DNA of 64,000 nt from assembly GCA_009602725.1 (NCBI GenBank), contig WELB01000020.1, positions 1,059,623-1,123,622 on the forward strand, read 5' to 3'. Positions within the stretch are counted from its first letter, which is position 1; each line of letters starts with the position of its first letter. The notes beneath the pieces are model-generated. The model ran no database searches and had not been told where the DNA came from. It worked only from the letters and a program-made list of their open reading frames with translations. The translations under genes were made by a program, and so were the position numbers. Source of the DNA: Spirogloea muscicola (taxonomy: Eukaryota). This document shows, piece after piece, positions 25,068 through 37,990 of this stretch.

Positions 25068-28000
25068 TGGCGCCGCTGCAGGCCTTCAAGGCCGCAGTGG
25101 GCGACGCCGCCATCCTTTCCAGTTGGGTCGGCGTCAACCCCTGCGCCGGCTGCAACGCCACCGGAGGCGACTGCGCCTGGTACGGCATTGGCTGCAACGT
25201 CACCACCGACCGAGTCAGCACGCTGTGAGCTCGCTCCCACGGACTCGAGGCCCATCAAAGTCTGCGCAGGCTCCGAGCTCCGTGGAGTCAGAGGGCCCCA
25301 GGTTACTCTGGTCCTGGCTATTGCCCCACCGATGTCCTTGACGGTAGTTTCACAATAGTGCAATCAAGCACCCCGTCCCACAAGCACACCACTATTCTGA
25401 CTCATTGGTGATCGGTCGTCTGGGGCTCATGGGTGAACCATTCTGTATCTGCCAGAGTGGTTGTGAATGCCAACCTCAACGGAACTATCACTCCCGCCAT
25501 TGGCAACCTGACGTGCTTGACAGCACTGTATGTCACCTCCAAATGTCCCTCTGAGCTGCACTAGGGAGTATGCCGTGGCAGGCAACATGCTCATGCTGGT
25601 CCCTCGTGCTTGTCATTCTGTTCCTGTAACTGGTACTGCTGGTGCTTGATCCCCTTTGCTTTCGTGGCAACCTGCCAGGTATCTCTTCGGCAACCGGCTC
25701 ACTGGGACGGTTCCGGACACCATTGGCAACCTGGCCCAGCTTGACCTGCTGTGCGTCTCCCTCACTTGGGGCTTCAATCCTCTCTAGATTTTCTGATGCT
25801 TCTGGACGTTTGACCGAGGAGCCTGTCCCTGACGATGCTACCAAGAAACTGGCGGGCCCTACATGCTGTCAAGCGTGCAGGAACCTTGACCACAACTTCC
25901 TCACTGGGAGCATCCCAGATACGATCTGGAAGCTCACCAAGCTGACCTTGCTGTGAGTGATTAAGTCTTACGTACTCACTCTGGATTAGGGCTTGCCTGT
26001 GAAAATGTGCACATTGTCCGGCCTCAGAAGCATGCATGAAACATTGGGTTTCATTTGTGAAGCAAGAGCTGCATTGCCTCCTCCTTGGCATCATCAGTTA
26101 AGTTGGAGTCGAACCTGCTGGGTGCCTGGCGTCTCTAGCCGGCATCTGAAGTACATTCTGATCCAAGCACTTCTCAAGCATCACCCTATGTGGTCCTCTA
26201 CTTTGTTGCACACCTGATTGCACATTGTGCCTTGTCCATGCCAGGCATCTTTGCCGCAACAACATCACCGGCAGCATACCTACCAGCCTCACACAACTCA
26301 CTGGACTTGTCATCCTGTAAGTCGCTCCTCCATGTATACAAAATTTCAAGATTGCATATATTGGTACAAGTCGTGATTAGTCCATGCTCCAAGTTGTGCC
26401 GTCTTTTGAAGACCTCGGACCCTTCATCTGCTGATTTGACCTCAAGTCGGTGTTAATTATGTACCTGATCAGGAAATTAGATTACAATGGCCTAAGCGGC
26501 GTCGTACCATACGACATACTGGACAAGATCAACTTGCAGAAATTGTGAGAGATGACAGCTGTGCATTAGTAGTAGCCTGAAAGCTCTAGAAGACCATGAC
26601 ATGTGCTACTCTGTCCCCTTAAAGCATGTCTGTGAAGTAGTCTTCACCACATCTTGAGAATTTTCCACAGCTCCTTGGCATCTGTAGAGCATCTGAGATG
26701 CGTTGGTTGAGACGACTCAAGCAGACATATAGCTCATGCACATGCTTCTGCATTTGCAGCCAAGTGGCACACAATAAGCTGATCAGCCCAGCTCCAATGT
26801 CACGTCAAGAGACTACCATCCAGTCGCGATTGACACACATGTATGTATTACCATGCCCTTACTCCTCATCTGCATAAATCTCTACATTGCGCAAGTATAA
26901 TGTTGCAGACACTACCTGTTCATCTCAACCCAGCTAGTCTGTGGGGCTACATGATTCCACTGCTAGCTGCACCCATGGTCATCAAAATCAACCATCACCA
27001 GAAAGTAATGTGTTGTTGCCACCTGCAGCGACTTGGCTTACAACAACTTCACGGAGCTTTTCCCAAACTATGTGGCAGCATACAGAAACTTGAAGCTTCT
27101 GTGAGCACCTCCGCTTTCGAGCATGCATACATGTCCATAATCTTGAGAGAGGCCAGGGTCTTCACACAAGAAATTGCTGAATCAACATGAGAGGATGTAG
27201 GTCTGTGGCCAGTTTCATACAAGCATATCAGCCACTGGATGCCATGCCCTACCTATGGCATGCTACAAGTCAGGTTATAGGCCAAATTATCTAAGTGTCA
27301 AACATGACAAGGTGACATTCAGACCTTTCAGCTGGGCTGCTGATTGTATGCATCCCTGCCCATGTTGCGCAGCAATCTTGCAGGCAACCAGTTTGAAGGA
27401 ACAGTGAATCCAACACTTATTTCCACAACTATGAACAAATTGTGAGTAAACTCTTCTTGAGCTCACACGGACACTCGCTAAGCAGACTTTACGTTCATAT
27501 CTGTGTCGCTTCTGCTGCTAATCATTTTCCTGCGCTCATTGCAAAAATGCGGTGCTCTAAGACTAATTGGATCCAGTGCACGTCCTGTGTGCACTTGTGG
27601 CAGTGATGTCTCCTACAAGCTGCAAGGAGTCCTCCCATCATATCTCAGTTCTAGCCACTTTACATTACCTGTGTGGATAGACGTCACAGGTAACTACTTT
27701 GTCGGTAAAGCACCAAACGCGACAGAGTTGGGGGTTCTTGTACACTCCAACCAAAACTGCCTCGACCCCCCTGCCAAGTTCCAGAACACAGCTGCAGTGT
27801 GCGCAGCACAGCCAGCGCCGCGTAAGTGCTTTAGAACGAATTTCCAAGCTCCCCCCTAATGCATTTCTCTACCTCCCAAAAAGCCCCCTGAAAGTTAACA
27901 CAGCTGTTTTCCTCTCCTCTTCCTGCACGTGTAGTGGATATGTACCCCACCTCACTTCTCACTCGTCCCTCCCTCGTCATAGGTATATTCATATCTACAA

Positions 28001-30475
28001 CAAAAATGGTAATCACAGTCATGATCATGATTGTCTTCCGCTTCCTGCCCCATCCTTTTCCATACTCACCTTCCCCCTCTGTCTTCCCTCCCTCCTCCTC
28101 TGCACTTCCCTCACCTTCTCTCTGTCCCCTCCTGTCTCTCCCTTCCTCCCCACAAGAACTATCTCTCTTCAGCCAGCCCCTCTCTGTGTCATTGGCTCCA
28201 GCCCCTCATCTCTCTCATGCCCCTCAACTATGAATCCTAAAACCTAAGTCGTACCCCTTAAACCTAACCGTGAACTGTGAACTCCAGACTATGAAGCCCA
28301 TCTCTTTCATGGGACTATCAAGGCTGTATCTGCACTGTAACCTGCAACATGCTTTGTATAGCAATTCACCTCACACGACTCAGCAGAGAGTGTCTTGGTA
28401 TGCTTGCGCAGGCTGCTTGCCCGGCTCTGAAGTGGCCACTTGCCCTCTTTGGCAGCCAGACATACTTTACTACAACACTGATGCTGGCAGTCCTTACCAA
28501 TGTGTCTTCAAGTATTGCAAGTGAGCGAACAACTCACTGACCCAGGGGTTGTCAATCAGGGCACTACTCTACGGCTTTGCCAGGCCCATGACTACCCATA
28601 TGTGCGCCTGCTCTTCATTACGCTGTACGAGTCCCATTGGCTGACAAGACAATATACACGTGAGTGAGTGTCCGGGAATTGAATTGCACAGTCCACTTAC
28701 GCTGTTGTTTTTCTCATGTTACACCAGCTCCACGACCTCACAATGTGCTCGTGGTAACATGGCGGATGGCAAAGATTGCTCCCCTCCGCCTGGTTATGAC
28801 GACTGTGCTCTCATCCGTAAATGCCGGTTAGTGTTCTACGATCAGCCTACAAATTAAGCTTCTTGCAGATTCTTGTATGCTCCTTTCCTGCATGTGCAAC
28901 TTGTCAGTGCATGCCTGACTTGGGAGCTGGCAGTTCACTCCCACTGAATTTGTCTCTTAAAGTTAGTGGATTTGACTGCCTTATCATAAGACCAGGTGTC
29001 AATCAGATCCAACTGCATGCCTTTAGAGAATTCGACATGAAACACAGCATGCCGCATGTGAATAACATCAACTGCCAAACTATCATACCCTACAGGAATG
29101 GCTCTTGTGTAGCAACTAGCCTCCAGAGACCTGGTACAGAGTGCAGATACCACAGGCCCGATGATCGGTACCCTTACGATTGCGCGCTGATCGGGGCTTG
29201 CAAGTGAGGCTCTGAAGCGCCGTTCCCACAGAGATTGCCGTGTAATGTGAAGTATGTATGTATGTGGAGCGTCTAAATACCAACACTCTTGCGATCAGCA
29301 TAGCACCTGTTAAGCTTTGACGCTCATGTCATCCTTGGCAGTGCTACCGGGGTTTGCCTCTACCATTTGAATTCAAACGCCAACAAATCCTGTAACTACA
29401 TACCTGGCAATGACTTTTGCAGCGTCCAAAAGTGCAGGTAGGTTGTCATTTGAGAATATGCTTATGTCTTTAGCTAGACTACATTGGCAGCCCGGATGCG
29501 TCTGCTGACTAGTGCAAGGTCCCTATTCATAACAATGTGAAATCTACACACTTCGCAGTCCTTGACCAGATGAAGTTTTGAGCATGCTTCTTGAGGATAC
29601 ACTGATGTACTGCTAGTTGTGCCTGTTAATCAGGAATGTCACGTGTGCTCAGATTTCTCCGCTACCGAATGCACAGACTGTGCGCGCACCATGGACCCTG
29701 GCTACCCATTTGCTGCCTACAAGGGCTGTGCCACAGCTTCCTGCATGTAGGCAACAACTTGCATGCTTTTTAGTTGAGCTTGGATCAAATAAATGAATTT
29801 ATCTCAGCCATACTAGTGTATCTGCATAGGGGTTACCTCGTGCAAAGCATCTGCCCGGTATCTTGCCAAATTGCTTCTTCAGTGTCAAGGAACTTCTGTC
29901 AAGGAAGTACCTGGAAGCTTGACACTGTCTCAGCACAGCTTCTTGGACATGGTACAATGTCGTCAATGTCACAGGAATGGCACATGTGTGCTCACGCTCT
30001 TGGCAAACGGCACCTCTTGCAACACCCCCGGATATTCCCCAGAGTGCTCCACCAGCAGCTGCAGGTGAAGTTTTGGCCCATGTGTAGGACCCCCCTTGTT
30101 GTGGAGAAATGTGCATGACACCTAGCTGACCTCAATCTACAACAGTTGAGGGCTTTTGCAATGCATTTGCACAAACGAAGTGCGTACTGGCCATTAAATT
30201 TAGCTTCAGCACTGCTTGACATTGGCAAGTTGCTACGTTGCAGCAATGGGATGTGCCGGCTTGACAGCTTCATGCCGGACGAAACAACACATTGCGGAGG
30301 TCAACGTGCCCCTGAGTGCAACTTGCAATGCTATGGGGGCAAATGCCCTGAATTTGTGGATGAGCCTTGCTGGACACAAGATCCTAGGTTCCCCGGTTGT
30401 TCTGGTACCTGCCGAGGTGCCATTTGCGTTACTGAGCCTGGATGTTACGGAGAAGGCTATAATTATGGCCCTTGA
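25068..30475 (+). CDS. Gene C: LRR + Cys-rich paralog; exon 1 not found and one frameshift (possible pseudogene)
   Basis: N-cap exon 25068-25224. LRR exons 25456-25527, 25679-25750, 25881-25952, 26245-26316, 26473-26544, 26760-26840, 27029-27100, 27373-27441 and 27604-27821. Cys exons 28412-28520, 28728-28826, 29096-29203, 29342-29437, 29634-29746 (1-nt deletion near 29670), 29975-30064 and 30244-30475 (ends ...GCYGEGYNYGP*). Confidence 0.75.
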
Positions 30476-31542
30476 ACCAGCTATTGAGCACTTTGAGCTC
30501 AATAGCTGGTGCGAACAATCGTTTGAATATGTAGTCTGATGCTACTATGGACAGTGATATCCATGCACAAACTGTAGACTGCAAAGTAGCTGCCCCTGGC
30601 AGTCAGAGTAAGCGCTCAGATTCTGATGACAAGTAGCCAGCCGGGCTTGAGGCGCATGAGTCGCCAGACTGGCACCTTGTGGACTCTGGAATAGGTGTCA
30701 TGCCACAGGGCATTATACAACATAACCAGAGTAGATCGGCACGAGAATGCGGAATGTACCAGAATCCACGTGGCCGGTACAGTCACTACTTACATATTAT
30801 CTATGAAAAGCAAGACTGCGGAGAAAATCGGACAGCTTGCTCCAAGATTGTATAAGCATGACAATACGACAATGAAGCAATGCGGGTCATCTTCGCGAGC
30901 CTTATGATATACGTATTCCGTTTTTCGATACAATCGACGAGCAGCGTATATACCAGCAACACTAAGGTCAGAACAAGGTCGTTATTCTGTTGGTATGAAC
31001 CAGATGAGCCTCGTTTTGTATGCAATGTCTTCTTTTCAAGTTCTGCAGTCCATCCCCCGTGCCTATGGTAAGACCTTATTCTTTGGCGCTTGCATTGCAC
31101 ATTGCCACTAATAAAGTTTATTACTGTTGTGAAGCATGCGAAAACAATAAGGTGGATGCATCTGGGAACGGGGGGGAGATGGCTACTTCTTGTTCCTATC
31201 ACGTGTCTCCTGTGCTTCCTTTTGCTATCTGGTCGATAAAGGCTTTAATCAGTCAAAAGCACAAGCCGACTGCAGCCCAACCAGTACAAGAACGTGATAA
31301 CAATCTAGCATATCAGAAGCTTGCCATCTCATCAATACATAGTAGAATGAAATGCTGAAAAAGTGTGCATCTCAGCTCGTACCTGTCTAAAACGCCTTGT
31401 GCAAGGTACAGTGCAATGGCAATACGTGTGTTACGTGTGCTCTACTATAAGAATCTCTAGTAAGTGCACTGTGCTGAGAATTCAATCTGGTTGAGCACAA
31501 TCCATGCTGCAGTGATGTGTGCGGCATTCAACACATGGCTTC

Positions 31543-34500
31543 TCAGACATTATAATTGCAGAGGCCACAACGCCAACTGCAGTCAATGTAGTCGCAAGTG
31601 TAATCGCTATCGCAAATGTAGTAGCCTGTGCACCCATTGCACATCGTGCAGCTCTCGCCGTCGCTCCTGGAGTCAGTGCAGCTGCCCTTGCCACCGCAGG
31701 CCGGGCAGCTCTGGAACAGCCGGGAAAACCCACATGTGTACTGTGACCCACAGAATGTGCCCTTGGTAAAGTAGCTCTTTCCAACGCAGCAGCCACCGCT
31801 GCAGAGCTGTAACAACCACACAAGTCAACATTGTCCCTTATAGTATTTGAAAAGCTGTTGTTACCATCGACTGGCGAGGTCAGGGACAAGGCTATGTGCT
31901 CTTGCAGCAATAGCAGTCGATGGTTCATGCTAACGGATTTAGCCAGCTTTAGCCATGAGCTACTGTCATGAGCCTCCATGGATGCTGGTAGTAAGTCCAC
32001 TTAGTAGCATCCTAATCCACTGACACACTGGAACTCGTAAAGCCCTCCCTGGCTGTGAGGGTAGTTGGGGCCAAGCAGGTCGGAAGGAACGTCCGACTCG
32101 TAGGTCTGGGTTGGCGTGTGGTCAGTCCTGTTCAGCAAGCCAGTGCAAGCTCCGCTCCTGGACATCGATACGGGTGTCACACATTGATGAGCACATGAGA
32201 CATAAATCACCAACTTGCAGAGGGAAGTCGGCATCCAAGAAATATCCTGTTTGCTTGATGGAAAATACTTTTTGAGTCAGAAGAAGACATGTTCGTGAGA
32301 ATAAAGACACCCTGCTCTTTGCAATGGCATCAGTCCCATGTCCTTTTAACCAGATGGTGCAGGTCCACAGTGCAAGTTCACGGACTTGCGGGTATTTTGT
32401 AGGCACTCCCGAATATTTGAGCCTGTTGTGCAAATGGTACCATCAGGCTTGTTGACAAGGGCCGTTCCACAGATGCCATCGACTCCACTGCGTCATGGAG
32501 GCGGATATCTTGTACGTCAGAGCTTCTTGTCTGCTCTTAGGCTTACACGAACCCAACAGTCAAAACCTGGGCTCAAATGAATTTTGTTTATTGAGTAATC
32601 TGTCGGACCTTGACAGTGCTTCAAGAAAGGTCCAACTTGCACCTGCAGTGGCTGATCTTGCAGTCTGGGTATGTGACGCCGGGATCTTGGCAGATAGTGC
32701 TGCTGTTGGAGAATGTGATCTGTGTGCAATATCCAGTGCTGCAATCGCCACATTCATGTCAGCTGATGCTGTGAATCAGATCTGAGGAATAACATTGGGA
32801 GGAGCATCTACGTAGATACTGGAGTGTACTAAGCCTGCAGGACCTTTAGGAGAACCTAGATATCAGATACTGCCCACTAACTGAAGGGTTCACCAGTTGG
32901 CTAATGAGGGTGAGCCTCAGATCGGGGTTGTAAGCGACAGCATCAACAGGTGCCCGGTCGAGGAGATGTCAGATTGCGCACCTGCTGCAGCTGGCCTGAT
33001 AGCATGCCTCATTCCAGGCAGGCTTGATTGAGCTCGTATTTGCCGTGCAGGCTTTGCCAGGGGCGTTCTTCCGCATGAAGACGCCGCCCCTGCCCCATGA
33101 AAGCCAGCAGCAGATGGCGTGCTATTGCTTCACTGAAGTATATCATGCGAGGCCCCTCATGACCAACAATTTACTACTGACCAGAGCAGGCCCATTCGCT
33201 TGAGACTTCAGCTACAATGGGCAGTACTTCGCTATATCGATGTGCTCCCGCCACTTTCCAGGGGCCGCTGATCTTCACCACTAGCAAGCCTTGAGCATCC
33301 TTGTGACCCAGTCTGTCGCCTCAGCTCTACTGAGCAGCAGTTGTGAGTGAGCTAGCCGTACTTAAGGTGCCTTGACCGGCCAGGTAATTGTGTGGTGACA
33401 CTCTGTTCCACTTACTGGCAGTTATTGTTATGGCAAGGGTTGGGGTCCGTGCTGAGGCACGGCTTCCCGTCCTTGACCGGCAGATACTGGCACAGGCCAC
33501 TGCCAGCTCACAAACATAGCAGATTTCTTGGCCATCATTACAATAACATCACTACTTATTATCACGCATCTAACATAGTCAGTCAAGTCATGCATAACTT
33601 CAGCAATGCTCTCATCTTGGGCCTACGCAGGTGAAGTAATGACAAGCTATTATACACACATGGAATAAGATGGAGCGGCTTCGTACTCTTTGCAGCCGGC
33701 TCGGATGCAGCCCTGACTGGCTGGGTCGTTCTCAATTGTACCTTGTATGGGGTTGCGACATTTGATCTTCAGCCCGAGGAAGGCAAAATCGCACTGTCGG
33801 TGACTGTGTGACGAGCACACAGTCAGTCCAGTTGATCTTAAGAGCAGGCCTGAGGTCGAAACAGGGGGCGGAGAGCACCACAATCCACCTTACACTGCTC
33901 CACAACTAAGAACTTCACAGTGTGATTGATGTTGTGGGCCACCTGCATTGCGTCTATGTCTTTGTGCCTTCCCAACACGGAACCATGGTTGCAACAAGCA
34001 GATCCGAACCAGGTTCGTGCATTGACATGTTCATGCCTCCGGACAAAGGTCCCCTTGATCAAGTGATTCCACAGGCAGCCTCCTCGATCTTCATAGGGAG
34101 GAATCACTTACTTGCAGTACAGTGTTGCACACTCCGGAAACTTTTAGTATGGCTGCTCCATTGCCCAGTCGTAGCACTCGTAGGGTGCACCAAACGGTTC
34201 GCAAGGGGCTGTCTTGGGCGCAGTATCAAAAAGCTTGTCATACTCGAGGCTCAGCAACATTGCGGCTCGATCTGGAAAAAAGTGAACGCCATGGAGTGAT
34301 GAGACACATGTCACCATCAAGGTGCCTTCAACTGTCATGTGTTTGCTAAGTGCAGTTAATCTGCTCAATTAGCAGTTCTAGAGCCACTAACTCTTACGTG
34401 GCGGTGGAGGTGGGGGCGGCGACGGCGGCAGTGGTGCGTTGTGCGTGTAGAAGTAGGTGCATGCAGCAGTGCTGCGCTGGTTGCTTGCGTGTTGGAGCCA

Positions 34501-36215
34501 AAGCTGCTTACAATTTCTGGAGGTTTGCCAGCGTGGGGATGTACGGTGGGGATGGCCCACTCAGCTGGTTCCCCTGGATGTCCCTGAAGGAGGGGAACAA
34601 GATGCACATCTGAAGACAAAATAAGAATTAGTCAGGTCTGTCTTCACACATGGATCGATATTATCGACGGATGCCAAAGCGCAACATGCAAGGGGTTGTG
34701 AAGGCTTCAGTGATTGCGAAGTCAACCAGGTTGTGGCCAGGCATGTAGCCTTACAAGACCGTTTTAGAATTGCCAGCTTGCCAATAGACGACGAGAGGAC
34801 CGTTATCCTGTTGTACCCAATCACACTGTAGGAGACACAGTATGAGTCAGCTCAGCAGCAAGCACAGGCAAAGAGGCGTACAATTGACATGGGGACTGAG
34901 CAGTCCATCTATTACATACATGCAACAGTGTAGGCTAGCAAAATTGGACGCACAACTTCTGCAACGCCACCAGCCTGTTGAGGGTACTTGGCACCGAGCC
35001 CGTGAAGTTGTTGTTGTTCACAATGCTGCAGCCATGCAGAGGGCATCGACTGTGCTCATAGAATGTTACTGATTTTGGGAATGATTAAGAAACAATATGG
35101 GAGCTCTTGATAGACCAAGGCTGATACAGAAAAAGGCCTCACAAAGAAAGTATCACAAGCATGCTGCCAGAGCAGGGCACTTGCAGTAAAGGATCACGCC
35201 TTTCTAATATGGCTCCGGTTATCGGTAATGAGGTCTGACGTGCCGCAGGCAGAATCCAAGTGCAGGAGCCTGGCTCTAATGCAACACTTACAAGATGACA
35301 AGCTTTTGTATTGCGGTCAGCCCTGACGGGATGGAACCGCTCAGCTTGTTGTGAGCCAGATGGCTGGCAGACACAGAGCAGCGCCCAGCGCAGAAGACAG
35401 TAGAGTTGGCTTAGTCGTCAGTTCCTAGGTTCCAGAACACATCAAGCTCAGTGGCCCCTTGGCAAGCAGGACTCTTTGATGATATCTTACATTTGTTTCC
35501 CCAAACAGCAACTTCACTGGAGATAAATAGTCTTGTAAGCCCTCATCCAAATGTGACTGAAAATTTAGGCTCTGAGCACGTACTTGGTTCACCACCAAAG
35601 AGGGGTGGTGATCGAGTCCTCCACAATCTGCAGCGCTGCTGCTGGCCTTGCAGAGCTGAGGACTTGTGGTTGGCTGATAGATTGTACGCTAAGAGGCTCT
35701 GTCTTGTCTTAAGGGCAGAGAGCCTTGCTCACAGCAGTGTCAGGTTGGTGAGTTTGGCAATTGATGAGGGCATGGCCCCTGTGAAGGTGTTGTTGTCCAT
35801 ATTCCTGCTTGCAGTTGCAGTAGCTCGATCAATCAGGGCAGCAAAGTGATATTGAGCGTACTGACACAAGTGGCAGAAACGGCGGCCGGATGCACGCACA
35901 CAGGAGGTTGAGGGGGCACACAGGAGGTCGAGGCTTGCAATCTCGCCAATAGAGTAGGGAACTGCGCCGCCGAGCTTGTTGTTGTATAAGTGGCTTCCTT
36001 TTACGCAATCAAAGGAAGTAGGTAAGATGCAGATTGGCGACACTTCAAAAGATAGAGTGGACTTTCTTAGCCCTGACCATACACCAATGTCGCTCTGGTG
36101 CGAAGCAAACAATTAGCAGCGGAACAACTGGGCTGAGGTCTCACAGCGTCCTGAGGAAGGTCAGCTGGCCAAGGGTGCTGGGCAGCGTGCCTTGGAGGCC
36201 GGCATCAGAATGATG
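31543..36215 (-). pseudogene. Gene D: divergent LRR + Cys-rich paralog, 5'-truncated pseudogene
   Basis: LRR exons: DAGLQGTLPSTLGQL (36215-36145, 71 nt), HLYNNKLGGAVP, NMDNNTFTGAMP, HLAHNKLSGSIP, IVNNNNFTGSVP and DIQGNQLSGPSP. Cys exons run from ~34.2 kb (internal TAA) to the terminal exon ...CSWRCGLCNYNV* at 31543. No signal-peptide or N-cap exon was found. Confidence 0.75.
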
Positions 36216-37474
36216 CTGCGGGTGCACATGCCGGTGAGCCTTCAATCAGCTTTGGGACTGGCCCAACAACACATGCAACAGCCTGTCCTGCACCTGATTG
36301 CTGCAGCCGCTTCAGAGTGGCAAGTGGGCTCAGTCTGGCAAAGGAATGGGAGGACATGGGTCGTGACACATTTTCTACGTGTTTTTGTCTTGATTCCTTC
36401 ATTCAGAGGGCGATGGCCAGCAGCCATCGCTCTCTACTGGTCGAGAAGGAGAGGAAGAGACAAGTCAGAGCAACAGGCAGGTGAATAGTGCTGGGCTACA
36501 AAAACACGGGTGTCGTGAAGGAGGAGGGAAGACGATTTGCAGCAGCAGGCAGATAGACAATGCTGGGATAAAGGGATTGTAATCGGTCCAACACCTCCTT
36601 GAGGCCTCCACCGCTGAAACCATCCTTCGTGAGGTCTTTAAAAGGCTCTGTGCAAATAATACCTATGATAGTCACATGTTTGGCAATCTACAAGTAGGTT
36701 GTATTTCTCATTTCCTCACGAGCCACCACCAATCCACCTTGTCATCGTTTCTAGGTGATGTATCATATAATTGACCGACAAGCCAGCTCCGCTGGCACGA
36801 CGCCCTAAGTGACATTCCATTAATGCCATTCTCTTATCTTTCGTGAGCCTACCATCGTGTTGTTAAGTGAGGCAAAGGAGGGACAGGAAGTAGGAGAACA
36901 AGAGGTGCAAGTAGCAGAGGAGAAGCTACAAGTGAAAGGATGGAATCTGAGGGCCTGACTACTGAGAGCGGGGTGTCTTAGGCCAGATGCAGCTGACAAA
37001 TGGCTAGCTAGGGTGAAGCCACTGAGAGACAGCGAGAGGCTCTTGAAGAGTGGGTAGACGGTAAGTAACACAGAAATGAGGGTTGCTCTCTTAGTTGGCC
37101 ATTTGTGACCGAGTCCTTAGACATGGGTTAGCAGGGTACAAGCCAGGGGAGTTGCAATCCTCCTGCTCTGGCTGCTCCCAATGTTGCTCTTGTCCGTTGT
37201 GGTAACCGTATTAGCTCCTTCTCTTCTGCACTCAGAGTCCTCATTGAGCGTTCCGCTCTTCTCCGGAGGACCAGCAGACTGACGTCGTCTCAACGGTACA
37301 GACGCAGATCTGCTCATGGTAACATACAGACTTCAATCTAGTAGCACACGAAGTTCTGGTCTGGTAGCAAACAATGTCCAGATTAGCGCAAAAGCTCTAC
37401 CTGGCCGCACACAGAGGGCGGACTAGCGCAGGTTCCGCCTGACCGCATGATACAGGTGCCGGACTGACACAGGT

Positions 37475-37990
37475 CCTTTGTCTTTTGTTTTATGTGTTGC
37501 TTTTTCTTTCCCTTACATTATCAATCAGATCTGGTCTCTTTTGATTCCCTGCTGCTATTGCACAAATAGAAGGATATAAATTCTTTGTTCTTGCGCAGCA
37601 GCGTATTTGATCTTTTCTTTTTAATTACTTATTTGTGTTTTTGTTCATATGATTTGGTCTTTCTTATATCAATTTCATCAAACAAAAAATAGTGATTTCT
37701 TACAAATTCAATTTCAACCAAGCATTTATATATATCTTGTGTTTATTTTACGAGTTTGCTTGATTTCCTGCATATGATCTCAAATACCTGTGACTCTCAT
37801 AGCCTTAGTAAATCACATATTCTTTTTATGCAATATCTTGCTCATAATCGGAGTAAGATGTTACCTCTTCTTCTTCTCATAGCAGCCTTAATAACACCGC
37901 CCGTTTTAATGTGTCAACTGCTTATTTTTTGTCCTTATTGTTTTCTTATTAGAAGGTACTATCTTTTATGGTATTTTCCTGGGAAGGAAT
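37475..37990 (+). pseudogene. tatC: NUMT: mitochondrial tatC/mttB fragment
   Basis: AT-rich island translating FPYIINQIWSLLIPCCY, IWSFLY..IQFQPSIY..LRVCLISCI*SQIPV and HNRSKM..LLIAALITPPV.MCQL. These are motifs of plant mitochondrial MttB; the copy is frameshifted. Confidence 0.8.

Noticed and set aside
29830..29974. Extra Cys-containing exon in gene C
   Set aside because: It has no counterpart in A, E or F and no module consensus. The homologous exon starts at 29975.
30476..31542. TM/kinase exons that would make C or D a receptor kinase
   Set aside because: Both genes stop in their last Cys exon. I saw no GxGxxG, HRD or DFG motifs and no convincing TM exon.
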